This document shows, piece by piece, positions 1-17,819 of a stretch of DNA of 64,000 nucleotides. The stretch lies in the NCBI GenBank assembly GCA_031835245.2, contig JAVKOQ020000006.1, positions 62,001 through 126,000 on the forward strand, given 5' to 3'. The stretch's first letter is position 1, and every line of letters begins with the position of its first letter. Under the pieces are notes generated by a model. That model saw only the letters and a list, made by a program, of their open reading frames with translations. It made no database searches and was not told the DNA's origin. The position numbers and the translations under genes were made by a program. The DNA comes from Balamuthia mandrillaris (lineage: Eukaryota).

Positions 1-529
1 AAGCTTTTTTGGGTCTGTAACGTGCGAGGTGTCGTCGAAGCGGACTTGGAGAGGATCGTCTCGTTCTCGTTTTCCTCGTAGCTTGCGGAGAGTGGGGAGT
101 TTTTGCGAGAGTGCGACTGGTGACGTTTGCGTCGTGAAGAAGAAGAGGAGGACTTCACTGGCGAACTGTCCAAATGAATAGTTGCTGCTCTTCCCTTTTT
201 GCTCTTTTTCTTTCCTGTTACACAAAAATAAGTAAAGTAAATCATTTGCTTTGAGGCAAGGAAAAAAGATCAAGAGAGATGAACGAACCGTTTTGCTCTT
301 CTTTTTTCCTACTTTTTTTCTTCTTTTTACGGTCTTCTTCTTGTTGTTGCAGTGGAAGCGTTAGGGGAGGAGGCATCAAATTGAGGCGCAGCAAGGATGG
401 ACTAATGCCAGTATGAGCTTCCCTCTCTCCTCCTCCTCCAACTTTACCGCCCCCAATCGTGTTTGACGTGTCGGCCTCATCAGGGTTCGAGGAACCAGAA
501 GCACGCAAAGGCGGCGTTATGCTGCTCAT
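1..529 (-). CDS. 5' part of an unknown Ser/Lys-rich protein, running off the window edge
   Basis: ATG at 529. Exon 1 (MSSITPPLR...EEQN) ends at a GT donor near 289. After the acceptor near 215 the frame stays open to the window edge (GKKKSKKGRAATIHLDSSPVKSSS...). Confidence 0.55.
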
Positions 530-900
530 TATTTTTTTTTTAATTTTGTGTTCGTCTCTTCTTCTTCTTCTTCCTCTTCTTCTTCGGCTACTTCTTCCGC
601 CCCCTTGTGCCTCGTCTTCTCCTGCTACTCTTTTTTTTTTAATGCTACTTCTTTTGGCAAACAGTATTTTGCTGTGTCTTTCTTGTCTCAGTCGGCAGAA
701 AACCCTTTTTTTGTTTTTCCCGCCTTTTTTGCTTACTTGAAATTAATTAACAAACTCCCGATAATTTTACGTTATGATTATCAAGAAAATTTGAAATTAT
801 TTTCATAAATTTGAAATTAGTTTTTCAAATGAAAATTTTTTCATAAAATCGGAAATATTCCAACAGAAGAATAAATTAAGAAAAAACAATAAAAGAAAAG

Positions 901-1866
901 ATGTGACGCGACGTGGAGGAAGGGTGGTGGGTAGAGCCCTGCGGAGGAGACCCTTCCCCCTCCCTTCTTCCCTGCGCTTTTCCATGTGCTATCTCCCTGT
1001 ACCTCCTGTCCTCCAAACGGTGCAAGCAGGAGAGGAACCTCCAGGCCAGCCAGAGGGTGCACGCCCACCTCCTCCACCTCTCTTCTTCTGACCGGAAGGT
1101 GTTTTCCCGCATGGCGGCCTCTCTGATCAGCGTGTATGGGGGCATGTGGTCGGTTGGACCTGCCGTGCCGTCTTCGAGCAGCAAGAGTCAAATTGGAGGC
1201 AAGGAGGAGAAAGGCGGAACGGCGATATGGAATGCCATGATGCAAGCGTGCACACAATGTGGGGATGGGCAGGAGGCCTTGCAGCTGTTCCAACAGATGC
1301 AGGAGGCAGGCATGGCAACGGACGCCTTCACCTTCGCTACGGTGCTGAAGACCTGTGGGATGAGGAAGGACATGGCGATGGGGAAGTCCACCACCATGAT
1401 TGCCGTGCATGGGCTGCATGGACAAGGCAAAGCAGACTGGCCGCACTACAAGAGATGGAAGAACACGGCGTGGAGCCAAATGCCATCACCTTCATCAACG
1501 TGCTGAACGCGTGCAGCCATGCAGGGCTGGTGGAGGAAGGCTTGGCCTGCTTTGCTGCCATGAGAGAGAGAAGCACAACATCCAGCCCACCACGGAGCAT
1601 TTCACTTGCATGGGGGACCTGTTGGGGCGGGCAACATCTTCGGCAGCGGCAGGGCGATGGGAAGAGGTGGAGAAGGAGCGGAAGGTGAGGGGAGACGCAC
1701 AGCTTCGTGGTGAAGGACCGCAGCCACCCTCGCAGTACAGAGATCTTCCACCACCGGGACCAGCTGATCCAACAGATGAAGGCAGCGAGAGATCCTGGTG
1801 AGGGATGCCAACCGCTTCCATCACTTCTCTCCTGATGGGCGCTGCGCTTGTGGGGATTATTGGTGA
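901..1866 (+). pseudogene. Deleted and frameshifted PPR-DYW pseudogene
   Basis: Colinear pieces of the intact copies: ATGTGA (start with premature stop), KRCKQERNLQASQRVHAHLLHL, IWNAMMQACTQCG, AITFINVLNACSHAGLVEEG, and terminal GRCACGDYW*. Several internal deletions and frameshifts. The HSE/CxxC deaminase core is absent. Confidence 0.9.
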
Positions 1867-1982
1867 GCTTTTTCCTTTGATACTGGGAAGGTATGCGGAC
1901 GAGACAGAGCTCTGATATTTTTCTATCGGACATTTGATTTTTTTAAAAAGAAAAGAAAAAAGAGGAGGAAGAGAAAAGGATT

Positions 1983-2717
1983 TCAGGCGGCGTATTTGCT
2001 GCTCTGTAGTTTCACTCGTCGTTCGTACTCTGGTCTGTTGGTTCTGTTTTTGCGATGAACAAAGCCTGGTTAGTCCTTGAAATCGTGGGAGAAAAAGAAC
2101 AAGACCAAGAACAAGAAGAGAAAAGCTCAGACAAAAGATTTCTGATTTCTTTGGAGTGTAATCATAACACTCTGTTCAGTGCCCAGTGGTTGTCATCATC
2201 AGAAGGAACAAGAGAATTGAGAGAGGAGAGCGCAAGAGAGAGAGAGAGAGAGACAGAGAGAGACAGAAAGAGAAAAAAATAGAGAGGTAAAAAACAAGCA
2301 GAGCGGAAGGATAAACGTACACAAAAAGAGCATAGGCATCTTGTTGAGCAGGGCTGTTTGGGTTTGGATTGTCGAGAAGGTCTTGAATGCCCATCAATAT
2401 CTATCAAAGAAGAAGTTACTTTGCATAAGCAATGAATACAACAACTATTCGTTTCTCTCTTCTTGCTTCTCTGCAAACTTTGTTGGTGCTATTCAATGTG
2501 ATAAGGACAAAAGCGAACCTGTTTAACAGAAATGGAAGGTTTCCAGTCCTCATCCTCGTTGACGATGCTCAGACAGACCGTTCCTGAAGGATATATGTTT
2601 GGATGGAAGAAACCTGCTGGAAACCGACCTAATAATTTTTTTATCATACGTTTTGATAAATAAAAGTTCATCAAACTTTAGTAACGGACAACAAGATAAC
2701 GGACAACAAGAGAAGAT

Positions 2718-2750
<33 letters not shown>

Positions 2751-3358
2751 TCAAAGAGCCAGAGAGAAGAAAACCACGCAGAGAGAGAGAGAGAGAGAGT
2801 CAAAGAAGTGACAAAAAGGCAAGTAGAGAGAAGAAGAGGAAGAACAAGAACAAGAAGAGAAGAACAAAGTACATTTGGGAGGCTTGCTGGGATAGTCGTC
2901 AGTAAACTCCATTGTGATAGGGAACATGCCTCCTTCCCAAAGAGTGCCCTTCTTGCCCGGAATACCACAAGTCCAACGCATGAGGTTAAGAGTGCCGTCA
3001 TCGTTGTTTTCGGGTCTGGCAAAGAAACCCTTGTTCGAAGAATGAAGGAAAAAGGAAGAGAAGGCGAGCAAGAATCGAAGAGAAGAGACAGAGAAGAAGA
3101 GGAAAGTAAGAGAAACACTGCAGACAGTTGGGGAAGGGGCAGAGAGAAAAAATAAAGTAGTTACCGGAGGGTGGTCTTTGCGCCACGCCTAAGTCATGGA
3201 CACAACCAAAGTGCAAAAAAAGGAAGGAAGGAGTGGAACATCCAAGAAGAAGGACAAAAATAGAGGAATGAATGGTAAAAATAAACAATGAGTGGAACAA
3301 AAAAATAGATACCTACCTTGCGTTCTTCCATCAATCTGCCTCTTGCTATGCCTGCCAT
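1983..3358 (-). CDS. UBC9: SUMO-conjugating enzyme E2 (Ubc9), multi-exon
   Basis: Spliced translation [14 protein letters not shown]...DHPPGFFARP...[16 protein letters not shown]...DYPSKPPKC...[31 protein letters not shown]...[16 protein letters not shown]...[14 protein letters not shown]. Confidence 0.93.
2122..2204 (-). ncRNA. Intronic box C/D snoRNA (SNORD88/snR76-like, LSU rRNA Cm guide)
   Basis: Lies in the last UBC9 intron on the sense strand. Boxes: C ATGATGA (2199-2193), D' CTGA, C' ATGATTA, D CTGA (2130-2127). The D' guide CACTGGGCA is complementary to conserved LSU rRNA UGCCCAGUG. Confidence 0.8.
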
Positions 3359-3700
3359 TTTTCTTGCTGCTACGTCGTTTTGGTTTTCAACAAACTTTAA
3401 TTTTTTCCCAACAAAAAAAAAAGCGGCAAAATAACAAATCACCCCTCAAGCTATCATTTCTCCGAATTTTTTCGAAGAAATATGTATCGGACTCGGTCAC
3501 GACCAAATTATGTCTCGTTTTGGCCATCATGGAAACTGGCATCAAGGTTACCTCCAATTCCAGGATGCATATATCTCCGAAAAAGATGAATTACTCCATT
3601 TTGTTCTATTTTTTTTTTTTTTGTTTGGAACAAAAAGAAAGCTTCTCTTCCCGTTACCGCAAGCTCACGGCACGGTCCCACACCATTCCCATTCTCTGGA

Positions 3701-9320
<5,620 letters not shown>

Positions 9321-9377
9321 ACATTCTTTTAGAAAAACTGACTCAAGTTTCTTTGTAATTCACATCACCTACCGTTT

Positions 9378-11842
9378 TCACTTTCTTCTGCTCGCTCTGA
9401 GCTGCTGTGGATGAGGACTTTTCTCTTCCTTCAAAGAAGGAACGTAAATGGAAGTTAGCGGCACGCTCTCCCCTTTTTGCAGCCACGTAGCTAGCTTGTT
9501 GTCGGCGCTCTTCAGGTGTTGCACCAAACCGTACAATCTCTTCTGCTCGCTCGACTTGTGATGGTCGATGAACGCCCTCAGCTCGTTGATGCGAACCTGA
9601 ACGTTGTTCTTGGCCGACACCCTGGTTTCCGCATAGCCGCTCAGCTCCTCCCTCTTCTGGTCGTCCTGTTGCAGGAGGACTTTAATGGATTTTATGTCCT
9701 CGCAGAGGGCGCGGTTGGAGGGGACGCAGGCCTCTTTATCCCGCGCGATGAGAACGAGCTTGTCGCGGAAGAGCCGCAGTCGTTTCTCCAGCTGGCTCTT
9801 GCTTTCGACCTGTTTGCCGTAGGCGTTGCAAGCCGAGACGAACCTGTTCTTCTCTTTCTTCAGTACACCTCTTTTGTTTGCAGTTTTGGATTGTGAGTAA
9901 TATGGAATCGAAGAAGAAGAAGCTGCAAGGAGGAAAGTAAGAAAAAGCACAACAGAAGAAAAGAGGTACCGAAAGTCACGAAGAGTTTGAACAGCTTGCA
10001 ATATCTCTTCAGCAGGTTTTTGGGAGCTGTACCCGGCACATATGTCTTCAACGGCAGACGCCACGTGAGAGGTTAGCTCGCCTACAGCGTCCACGAAGTT
10101 TTGGTTCTCCTCGTGCTGCTGCTCGAAGCTCCCAAAGATATGCACTAACGATGCTCCATCTCGCCAGTACAGTTCTCTTATCAGCTTTTCAATGTCCAAT
10201 TGCAGCTTCACCACCTGTATCGAATGAAACGCAGGTTAAATGAAGAAAGCAGAAGAAGAATAACAAAAAAAAAATACCAGAGGGATGGTAGCGTGCGTGT
10301 TATTGGATTTGGTAGAATCTCTCTTTGTTGCCATCAAAGCAGGTTCAATCCGTTTCTCGTTCTTGGCTTCCTCCTCCTCCAAAGCGACCTCCAACCGAAT
10401 TCTCTCCAACATTTCGCTTCTCAACTCCTGCGTGACTTCCTCCATCTTCTCCCGTAATTCTGCATTTTGTTTGGATTGCAGCTCGAGCTCCAGTTGTAGC
10501 TCCTTGAGACGTTGAACTTGCGGTTGGTGAGAAGCTAACGAAACGCTCTTGGTAGCTTTCTGCTCTTTCAGAGCGAGAAGAAGTTGGTCCAACTTTTGCT
10601 CGGCGGAGCGTTCGTCTCTCCTTCGAATGGCTTTTAGGGTTTGTGGTTCCAAGTCTAACTCCAGTTCTAAGATAAGTTGCTCTATCTTGCTCTCCAAACG
10701 CTGTTTATCCTCATCTGCGCTAAGTTCTATCTCGAGGGCTAAACCCTCCTCTGCCCCTTTGCTCTTCCCTTTGCTGTTGGTCTTCATTGCCGCCAATTGT
10801 TCTTCTAAACGACGCCTTATCTCTCTTTCCTCCATGTACTTCCGTTTCCAGTAAGCAGCGTCCTTGTCCTCGCCATTGTTTTCGCTCGCTTGCTGTGAAT
10901 CCTTTCTCTTTACTCTGCCGGACGGGTTTCGTTGGAACGTCGTTTGGGTTTTGTTTCGCTGAAGTGCTATCGCGCGAAAGACAGCGAGATAAGTCAATAA
11001 GCACTGCTCCTCCGTTTTGTTGACGCCAATAACATCTTCTGGCTCTATTATAGGCGGCACTCCTAACTCTTTCTCCGCAATGTTTAGAGCACGTTCGATC
11101 ATTCTATCCGGTCGTTCCTTCACCAACAGAAGAAAAGAAGCCAGAAGAAGCACAGGAAAAACAAAAGAATAAACTTTAACCCATGTTTTCAACAGGTAAA
11201 AAGAAGAAGCATGATAGGTACCCGAACAAGTTCGTCAATGTTGAATGCATCAGAACAAGCCGAATGAACGAGACAGGCCAACACTTTGCCATCTCTAAAG
11301 CTGTCAGGGAAGTAGAGTTGGATGGAGTTGCGTGCGATAAAGCGCGGCTCGTACGACGCTACACGAGAAGATACCCACTCCAGGATCTCGTTGTTGTGTC
11401 CTTGACGGCTTGTTGTTTGCTTGTTGCGTGAAGAAACAGAGGAAGAACCGTTGGTTGGCTGTTGTTGGGAGGCATTGCCGAGTTCATACTTGGTGATGAC
11501 CGTCCAGAGAAGTCCAAGAAGAGAGCCGACTCGACCTTTGGTGACGTCTTCAGCGCTGGCCGTGACGGTGAGCCCCTGCTGACGAAGCTTCTTGAGAGCA
11601 ACGTTCACGTTGTTGATGCGCTGGATCTCGAGGGTCGGTCTGGTGATGTATTCCTCGGGAGGGATGGCGCGTCCGGTCACCACCTCCACCAGTGCGATGA
11701 GCAGCAGACCGTCCTTCATGTCCTCCACCAAGTTACGTATATGAAGCCCGCGTCCTTGCAGATGAAAGTTTGCCCATCCCATAAAAGCCTGTTACCGTTG
11801 TTTGTTAGTTCTTACTTTTTTTTTTGAAGGGAGAGACGGGGA

Positions 11843-11886
<44 letters not shown>

Positions 11887-11990
11887 GAGTAGGAGGGAGA
11901 GTAGGGGGGAGAGAGACAACAGAAGTCTACCTTGGCTTGTCTCTCTGCTTGCGCTCCTTGTTGCGCCTTGATGATGAGAGTATTGGCCAT
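9378..11990 (-). CDS. Tandem calponin-homology actin-binding domain plus coiled coil (cortexillin/alpha-actinin-like), multi-exon
   Basis: CH1: QAK|AFMGWANFHL...NLVEDMKDGLLLIALVEVV...NVNVALKKL...LLGLLWTVITKY. CH2: ILEWV...SFRDGKVLACLVH...ALNIAEKELGVPPIIEPEDV. A long coiled coil follows. Confidence 0.8.
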
Positions 11991-13303
11991 CCTTCCTCCT
12001 GCTCAAAGAAGAGCAGCTTTTATTTTGCGGCGAAAAAACAGAGGGCCAAAGGCGGCACGCATACGTACATGCAACCAAGGTTGGTTCAGCTATTTGCCCG
12101 AAACGACACCTTTTGAGGGGTCAACATTGCCGGTTCGAGCGGACGTCGACGAGCGTCCGTCCTGTTGGATTGTGGCAGAGGCTTCATATCTAGACCTTTT
12201 CTTCAGGTTTGGCTCGTTTCGCTGTCCTTGTTTCTGTCTCTTTTGGTGTTTCTCGTTTTCTTTTGCTTCCGCCGGTTGCAGTTTCTGCTCTGCTTCCTTT
12301 TGCTCTGGCTTGGAGAGAGAGAAGTCGTGGCGGGGCTCAAACCCAAGCGCAAACCACGAATGAAGAAGCGGCAGTCCAATTGGAGGAACTGAGGATGGGC
12401 AGCGCATGCATTCTAGTCTCATCTCTGCTGTGACGGGAGGTCCAGGGTTGTGAGGGAGGCGCAGGGTGCAGAGTGAAGAGGAAGGCAAGCTGCTTGGTTG
12501 GCGTTGCTCTTTGCGCTCTTAACTTCAGCACGGCGCGCTGGTGATGGAGGAATAAAGGGTCAGCACCATCTTGTCCGTGACCCAGTAATTCTCTCTCCTA
12601 ACAAATAAAGACCTCCTTCCAACAACGTCAAACCAATACAACCAATATGTTGTTGTGTATTTTTTTCTCTCTCTCAAGATGGCCCACGAACTCTCTCTCT
12701 CCCTTCCCTGACACACAACAACGACCGAAACACCTGCGCGGCCACTCTATCTCTGCCTCCGCTTTTCTCTCCTTTTTTTCCTTATCTCCTTCCCCCTCAA
12801 ATGAATTGCCTTCCAAATGGGGCCGCCCTTTCGGTTGGATTTCCGCTGCCAAACGGCAGGTTTGTTGGCGGAGAATATGCGGGTAACGGGGAGAATCCAC
12901 GGGGAAACGGCTGGAGCTCGGCCAGAAATGGATGCCGCTTTTCCTGGCTTTTTCCATCTATGGGAGCGGCCGCCATGGCTTTGGACGGGCTCCCTTAGCT
13001 CCGCCTGCCTCCCTGCCCACACACAGGGTTGACAGGAATGACGGGGAGAAGGAAAGATAACGAATGGAGCTATATTGCGGGGTGACACGCCTGGCAGGTG
13101 GGTCACCTGTAACGCTTTAACTCCTTTTTTGTGGGCTTTTCTCCTGGGGATTTCCCGCCGCTTGCTCGCCGTTTTTCTCCCGCTTAAACATATAGGGGAC
13201 AAAGGGGGGGGAGCAGAGGAGAGGAGCGGAGACAAGCGCACGCACGCATTCACCACCAACGGACAAGAGGGGTCGAATAACAAGGAGCACATCCGCGGAG
13301 GGC

Positions 13304-13310
13304 TATAAAA
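13304..13310 (+). promoter_or_regulatory. TATA box upstream of the RWP-RK gene
   Basis: CTATAAAAAGG about 250 bp upstream of ATG 13553, following a GC-rich upstream region. Confidence 0.45.
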
Positions 13311-13552
13311 AGGAAGATAGAAAAAAAATCTCAACGGATTTTATTCTTCCATTCGAAACCAAAAACACCAACGTTAACAACTAACACCACAAACAACCCA
13401 AAAAACAATAAGCTTTGGGCTTCTTCTCCTCCTTTGCTGCTTCACTCCTACTACAACTACCACACAACACCAGGAGGGGAGAAAAACAGTTCAAAAATAA
13501 ACAGAATCGTTGGTGCATTCAAACACGTTACCAGGCAAGCAAGAAGAGAAGA

Positions 13553-14248
13553 ATGATGCAGCTGCTGAACAGCGAGGATATGGTGGGCAACATGGACTGC
13601 AGCCAGAGTGGCTCTTCCAACAAGGTCATTGCCCCGCACTTTGAGAAGGAGGAGCAGCATCGGTTCGTGGAGTCGCTGCACCTCCCCTGGGTGGACCAGC
13701 ACCCGCACCAACATCAACAACACAGACCCGAGGAGACCGGCTCCTTCGTCACGGAGAGCAACCGAGTGCCTTCGTCTGAGGGCTACGCCTGCCATTCGCC
13801 TTCCTCCGCCCCGGGCTACTCAACCTCCTACGAGGCCTTCTCCTCCGCCAACGGCTCACAACCTGCTACTCTCAACACAAACGGCGCTCCGTCTTCTCCT
13901 TCTTCTTCCTCCTCCTCCGGTTCTCTCTCCATTGTGCCCACAACAAGGAAGCAACAAGCCCCCGACGGCAAGACCTACGTGGACATTACTCCCTACATGA
14001 CCATGCCACAGGCCCAAGCCGCCAAAACGCTGGGCATCCCCTCCTCCACCCTGAGCAAGCGGTGGAGAGAGGCAGCGCGAGCGCGCAAGTGGCCCTGGCG
14101 GATAGTGGCCAAGCTGGACAAGGAGATCACCACCCTCCTCTACAACGTGCCCCCTGGAAGCAAGGTCCCCCCAGAGGTGGAGGAGCGGTTGGCCTACCTC
14201 ATGCGCCAACGGGAGAAGAAGCTGGAGCCGGTCATCATCCGAATCTGA
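13553..14248 (+). CDS. RWP-RK domain transcription factor (intronless CDS)
   Basis: DITPYMTMPQAQAAKTLGIPSSTLSKRWREAARARKWPWRIVAKLD matches the RWP-RK pattern (I..YF.LP...AA..LG...T.LK..CR..G..RWP.RK...L). Confidence 0.85.
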   Translation: MMQLLNSEDMVGNMDCSQSGSSNKVIAPHFEKEEQHRFVESLHLPWVDQHPHQHQQHRPEETGSFVTESNRVPSSEGYACHSPSSAPGYSTSYEAFSSANGSQPATLNTNGAPSSPSSSSSSGSLSIVPTTRKQQAPDGKTYVDITPYMTMPQAQAAKTLGIPSSTLSKRWREAARARKWPWRIVAKLDKEITTLLYNVPPGSKVPPEVEERLAYLMRQREKKLEPVIIRI

Positions 14249-14792
14249 AGCAACACCAGTAGAGAGAGAGAGAGAGAGACTTCCCCACTTGCCCGCCCGC
14301 CTTTTTTTGTTTGTTCTGTACCTTTTGCACCTTTTTTTTTTGTTTATGTATGTCTTATGTTGTTGTTGTTTTTGTTGGTTAGTGGTGAGCAAAAGGAGGA
14401 GGAGGATTCTTCCACTAATTTTTTCACCACGACCGCTTAGGCTTGTTTTTTTTTTTGTCTTAAACTTTAGTACCAACTTACTTACACCGGTTTTGTAAAG
14501 AACCCCCAAAAAAAAAAAGGCGGAAAAAAAAAACAAAATACTAGAGTGGTATTTTGTTTGTAACAGTGCTCTTTTTTTAAACACCCTATTTTTTTAAAAA
14601 AATAAACGATGGAATATAAATGTCAGCTGCTGGTTCTTGCCTCTCGGTTGGAGTGGGAGAGAGTGAGAGGAAAGGGAGAGAAGGAGAAAGGAGAAAGGAG
14701 AAGCAGGAGGAGAAGGAGGAGAGGAGAGAGAGAGAACCGCGGAGAGAAAAGAGAACAGGGAGAAACAACGGTACCTTGCAAGCACAAGAAAC

Positions 14793-16376
14793 CTACTGGA
14801 GGTGCTCCTCAAAGCTCTGATAGGTGACGCCGTTGTTGTTGCTGCCGTCACGGCTGTGGAGAGAAAGGGAATCAAAGGTAGGAGGATCATCCAGCTTGTG
14901 TTGACCGATGATGAAGGACCGCGAGGAGGAAGAAGAAACCTCATGAGGAGGACTGGCCATGTGATGGTAGAGGTAAGAACCGTTTGTGAGCGGAACGCCG
15001 CCATCTCCAGCGGAAGAACGGGTGGCCGCAGAAGAAAGGTTGTTGGAATGTATTGTGATGAGGGAGGATGAGGGAGACGGTGGGCCTTGGAAAGTGCCGC
15101 CGGGTTGAACGGGAGGAGGTTGAGAAGACCTCCTGGGTGTGCGGACAATAGGAAGATCCGGATGGGAGTGAGCTCGAATGGGATGAGCGGGAGCGGAGAT
15201 TGCCCGTCGCCTGGCAAAGTGGTCAGACATGACAGAGTGGTGCTGTTGCTGTTGCTGTTGCTGGTTCTGATGCTGTTGGTTATAGAGGTTGTGGTTGTTG
15301 TTGTGGTTTGAGTGTTCGTAGATACAATGAAGGTCATTGCAGGTGTGTTGCTGTTGCGGTTGCTGATGTTGCTCACCAGAGGAAGCGGTCGGATATGGGT
15401 GAAAGCGAACAAAAGCATAGCTGCTGCTGGGCATTGCATGGAACTGGAAGTTGCTGCCAAAACTGGGCTGAGCTGGAGAGGTGTCTCCGTTGTGATGGTG
15501 GTGATGAGATTCGTAATAGGAGGAAGGGCTGAGGAAAGAAAGGGAGGAGGAAGGGGAGTGGAACGGCGAGGAGGGGGACCCAAAAGGAGGTGTGTGTATG
15601 TGTTGTTGTCCGCCAGGAGAGGAAAGTTCTGAAGCGGGTGGGGAGTTGGTGTAACGTGCCTCAAAGGGCTCCGTCATGGTGAATTCGAGAGGAGAGTTAG
15701 GAGGAGAAGAAGGGTTCGTGGGGGCGCTATGCTGCTGGTGAGCACGGTCAGAAGAAGAAGGAGGAGGATAGTCCTCCTGCATGGCTCCTCCACCGCTGCC
15801 GCTGTAGGCATTGAATGATGACATGTACATGGACTCTATTTGCTGTCGCGACAAGGGCATTACTTGTTGCGGTGGTTGTTGCTGTTGCTGTTGCGGCGGA
15901 TGTTTTCGAGTGGAGGAGGGGGAATGGCCGGCGGAGGAACAGACCAAAGGCGAGGAGGGAGCAGAGGAAGAGTTCGACGGGTCGAAAAGAGAGGAGGAGG
16001 CCGAAGAGAGAAATTGGCCAGGAGAAGGGGAGGAAACAACGTTCAGCGAGGAGATAGGTTTGACTTGGAAGTCTTTGTAGTGGTGAACCAGTTGTTTTCG
16101 GGTGCAGCGGAGGCTTGGAAAGGCCATCCTTACTATTTTGCCAAAAGCGGCCGGCGTTGTCAGTTCCATCTGTTGTTGGCCGCACATTTGCTGATAGAGT
16201 CTGTAGAGGTCGCCTTTGGCCATAGATTTGCCCTCTTTGAGTTCAAAGTGGTCATGCAGCCTGTTTTTATTTTTTTCGTGCAACAAACCGATAGATGTAT
16301 TTAATAAAAAAATGGGTAGCTATAAAACGGAAAAAAAAATAATACACAAAAGAGGACTCGCCAAAGGGAAAGAAGA

Positions 16377-16422
<46 letters not shown>

Positions 16423-16608
16423 GAAACAAAGGTTGAGAGAGAGGACGAACCATCCAATTATTTTGGGTACAGCCTCCTCCTTGCTCACCAGGAAAACGTG
16501 GGAGAACTCCATGCCAGCGGTAGGCCAGGCCTCCTCCCCGAAGGACGAGGAGCGACGGTAGGGCGGGGGTACCGGAGAGCCCAACCGGGAGCCAAAATGC
16601 AAGGCCAT
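14793..16608 (-). CDS. RFX winged-helix transcription factor with a low-complexity C-terminus
   Basis: IIGW|LHDHFELKEGKSMAKGDLYRLYQQMC...TPAAFGKIVRMAFPSLRCTRK...HHY is an RFX DNA-binding domain. One intron at about 16451-16261, then an S/P/Q/H-rich tail. Confidence 0.85.
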
Positions 16609-17334
16609 TTATTCACGTTCCGAGAGGATTATGTATTTATATATTTGAGGAAAGAAAGAGATTTGAAAAAAATTACACCACCGACCCAAAAAAAAAAAAC
16701 AAAAACAAAAAAGTTTGCTCTCCGACTCTCTCTCCTTTTCCTTCCGCCTTTTTTACTTTCTGTCTCTCTCCAAAATGAACTTTTTTTTATTTTATTTTTG
16801 ACCCTTAGATTTTCTTTATGGATTTTTTTTTTTTGCTATTATGATGAAATTTTCGTGCTATCAATAATTTCATTTGGGTTTGTTTTGAAATTCGGATGCT
16901 TTGGGAAAGGGTAATTTTCTGTCCACATTGAGGATGGAGAGAAACATCTGTAATTGGTTTGGACAGGCTCAAGAGGATGTGGGACTGAGCCGAATCTTCT
17001 TGTATGGATTCAATCTCTTTATTGTTTGTAAAGGTTGCCTCGCGGGTTTGGCTTTTTCTGTTTCTCGTTTCGAAGGCCAAACATCATTATCATTTCTCTT
17101 CCCAGCAACAGAAAGAAGTAAAGAAAGACGTCGTAAGCACTTTTATCTCGGCCGTTGACAAGGCGAGAAGGCCTAGATCTTCCTTTATAGCACGGATATC
17201 TGGATGATTACTATTTCCTCGTGAGTTGTGGTTGCAAGAGGCATTCGGAGATTGCCACCCACCTTACCGCATATGACGCAAGTTTAGTTTAATATTCTTG
17301 GATACAACCATTTTTATCTCATTCCACCGCGTTA

Positions 17335-17432
17335 GGCCAAGCCCAAGGCCAGGCTTGCATCGACCACACGGTATTTCCTTGGCTCGCTCGCCGGGTGCGG
17401 CCAAGCCCGAGGCCAGGCTTGCATCGACCACA
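17335..17432. repeat. 34-bp direct repeat pair (one mismatch) with a 30-bp spacer, upstream of the LOV gene
   Basis: GGCCAAGCCC(A/G)AGGCCAGGCTTGCATCGACCACA at 17335-17368 and 17399-17432. Confidence 0.85.
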
Positions 17433-17819
17433 AACAGCCGCTCCTTCGGCGTCGAACTCGCGGCCTTCCCTCCTTTTGTTTTTTTTGTAATACTACTCCA
17501 TGACGACATGACATGCTAAATGTAAGCGGATTTTCTTCACAATTTCCATTGCGGTTGCTCAAATATGGAGAACAAACGCAACGATTACACCATGTGCGAC
17601 TTTTATAGCGGGGTGCTGCTGGGGTTGCGGTCGCAGCCTCCCCCATGCCTCATTCTCTCTCTCTCTCTCTCATTCCCTTTTTCTCTCTCTCTCTCTCTCC
17701 CTCTCCCTCTCTCCCATTCTCTCTTCTGTTGACAAGAAAGACAAACACTCTCTCTGCGCTGGGGGGCTTAGGCGCGTAGAACACCGAAAGCAAGGGCGGC
17801 GCACAGAAAGCTTCAGAAC

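Noticed and set aside
12090..13334. Several 100-195 aa ORFs between the CH-domain and RWP-RK genes
   Set aside because: No motifs or consistent splice model; more likely UTR or promoter sequence.
17335..17432. CRISPR-like repeat-spacer-repeat geometry
   Set aside because: Only two repeats, no cas genes, and a eukaryotic promoter context.
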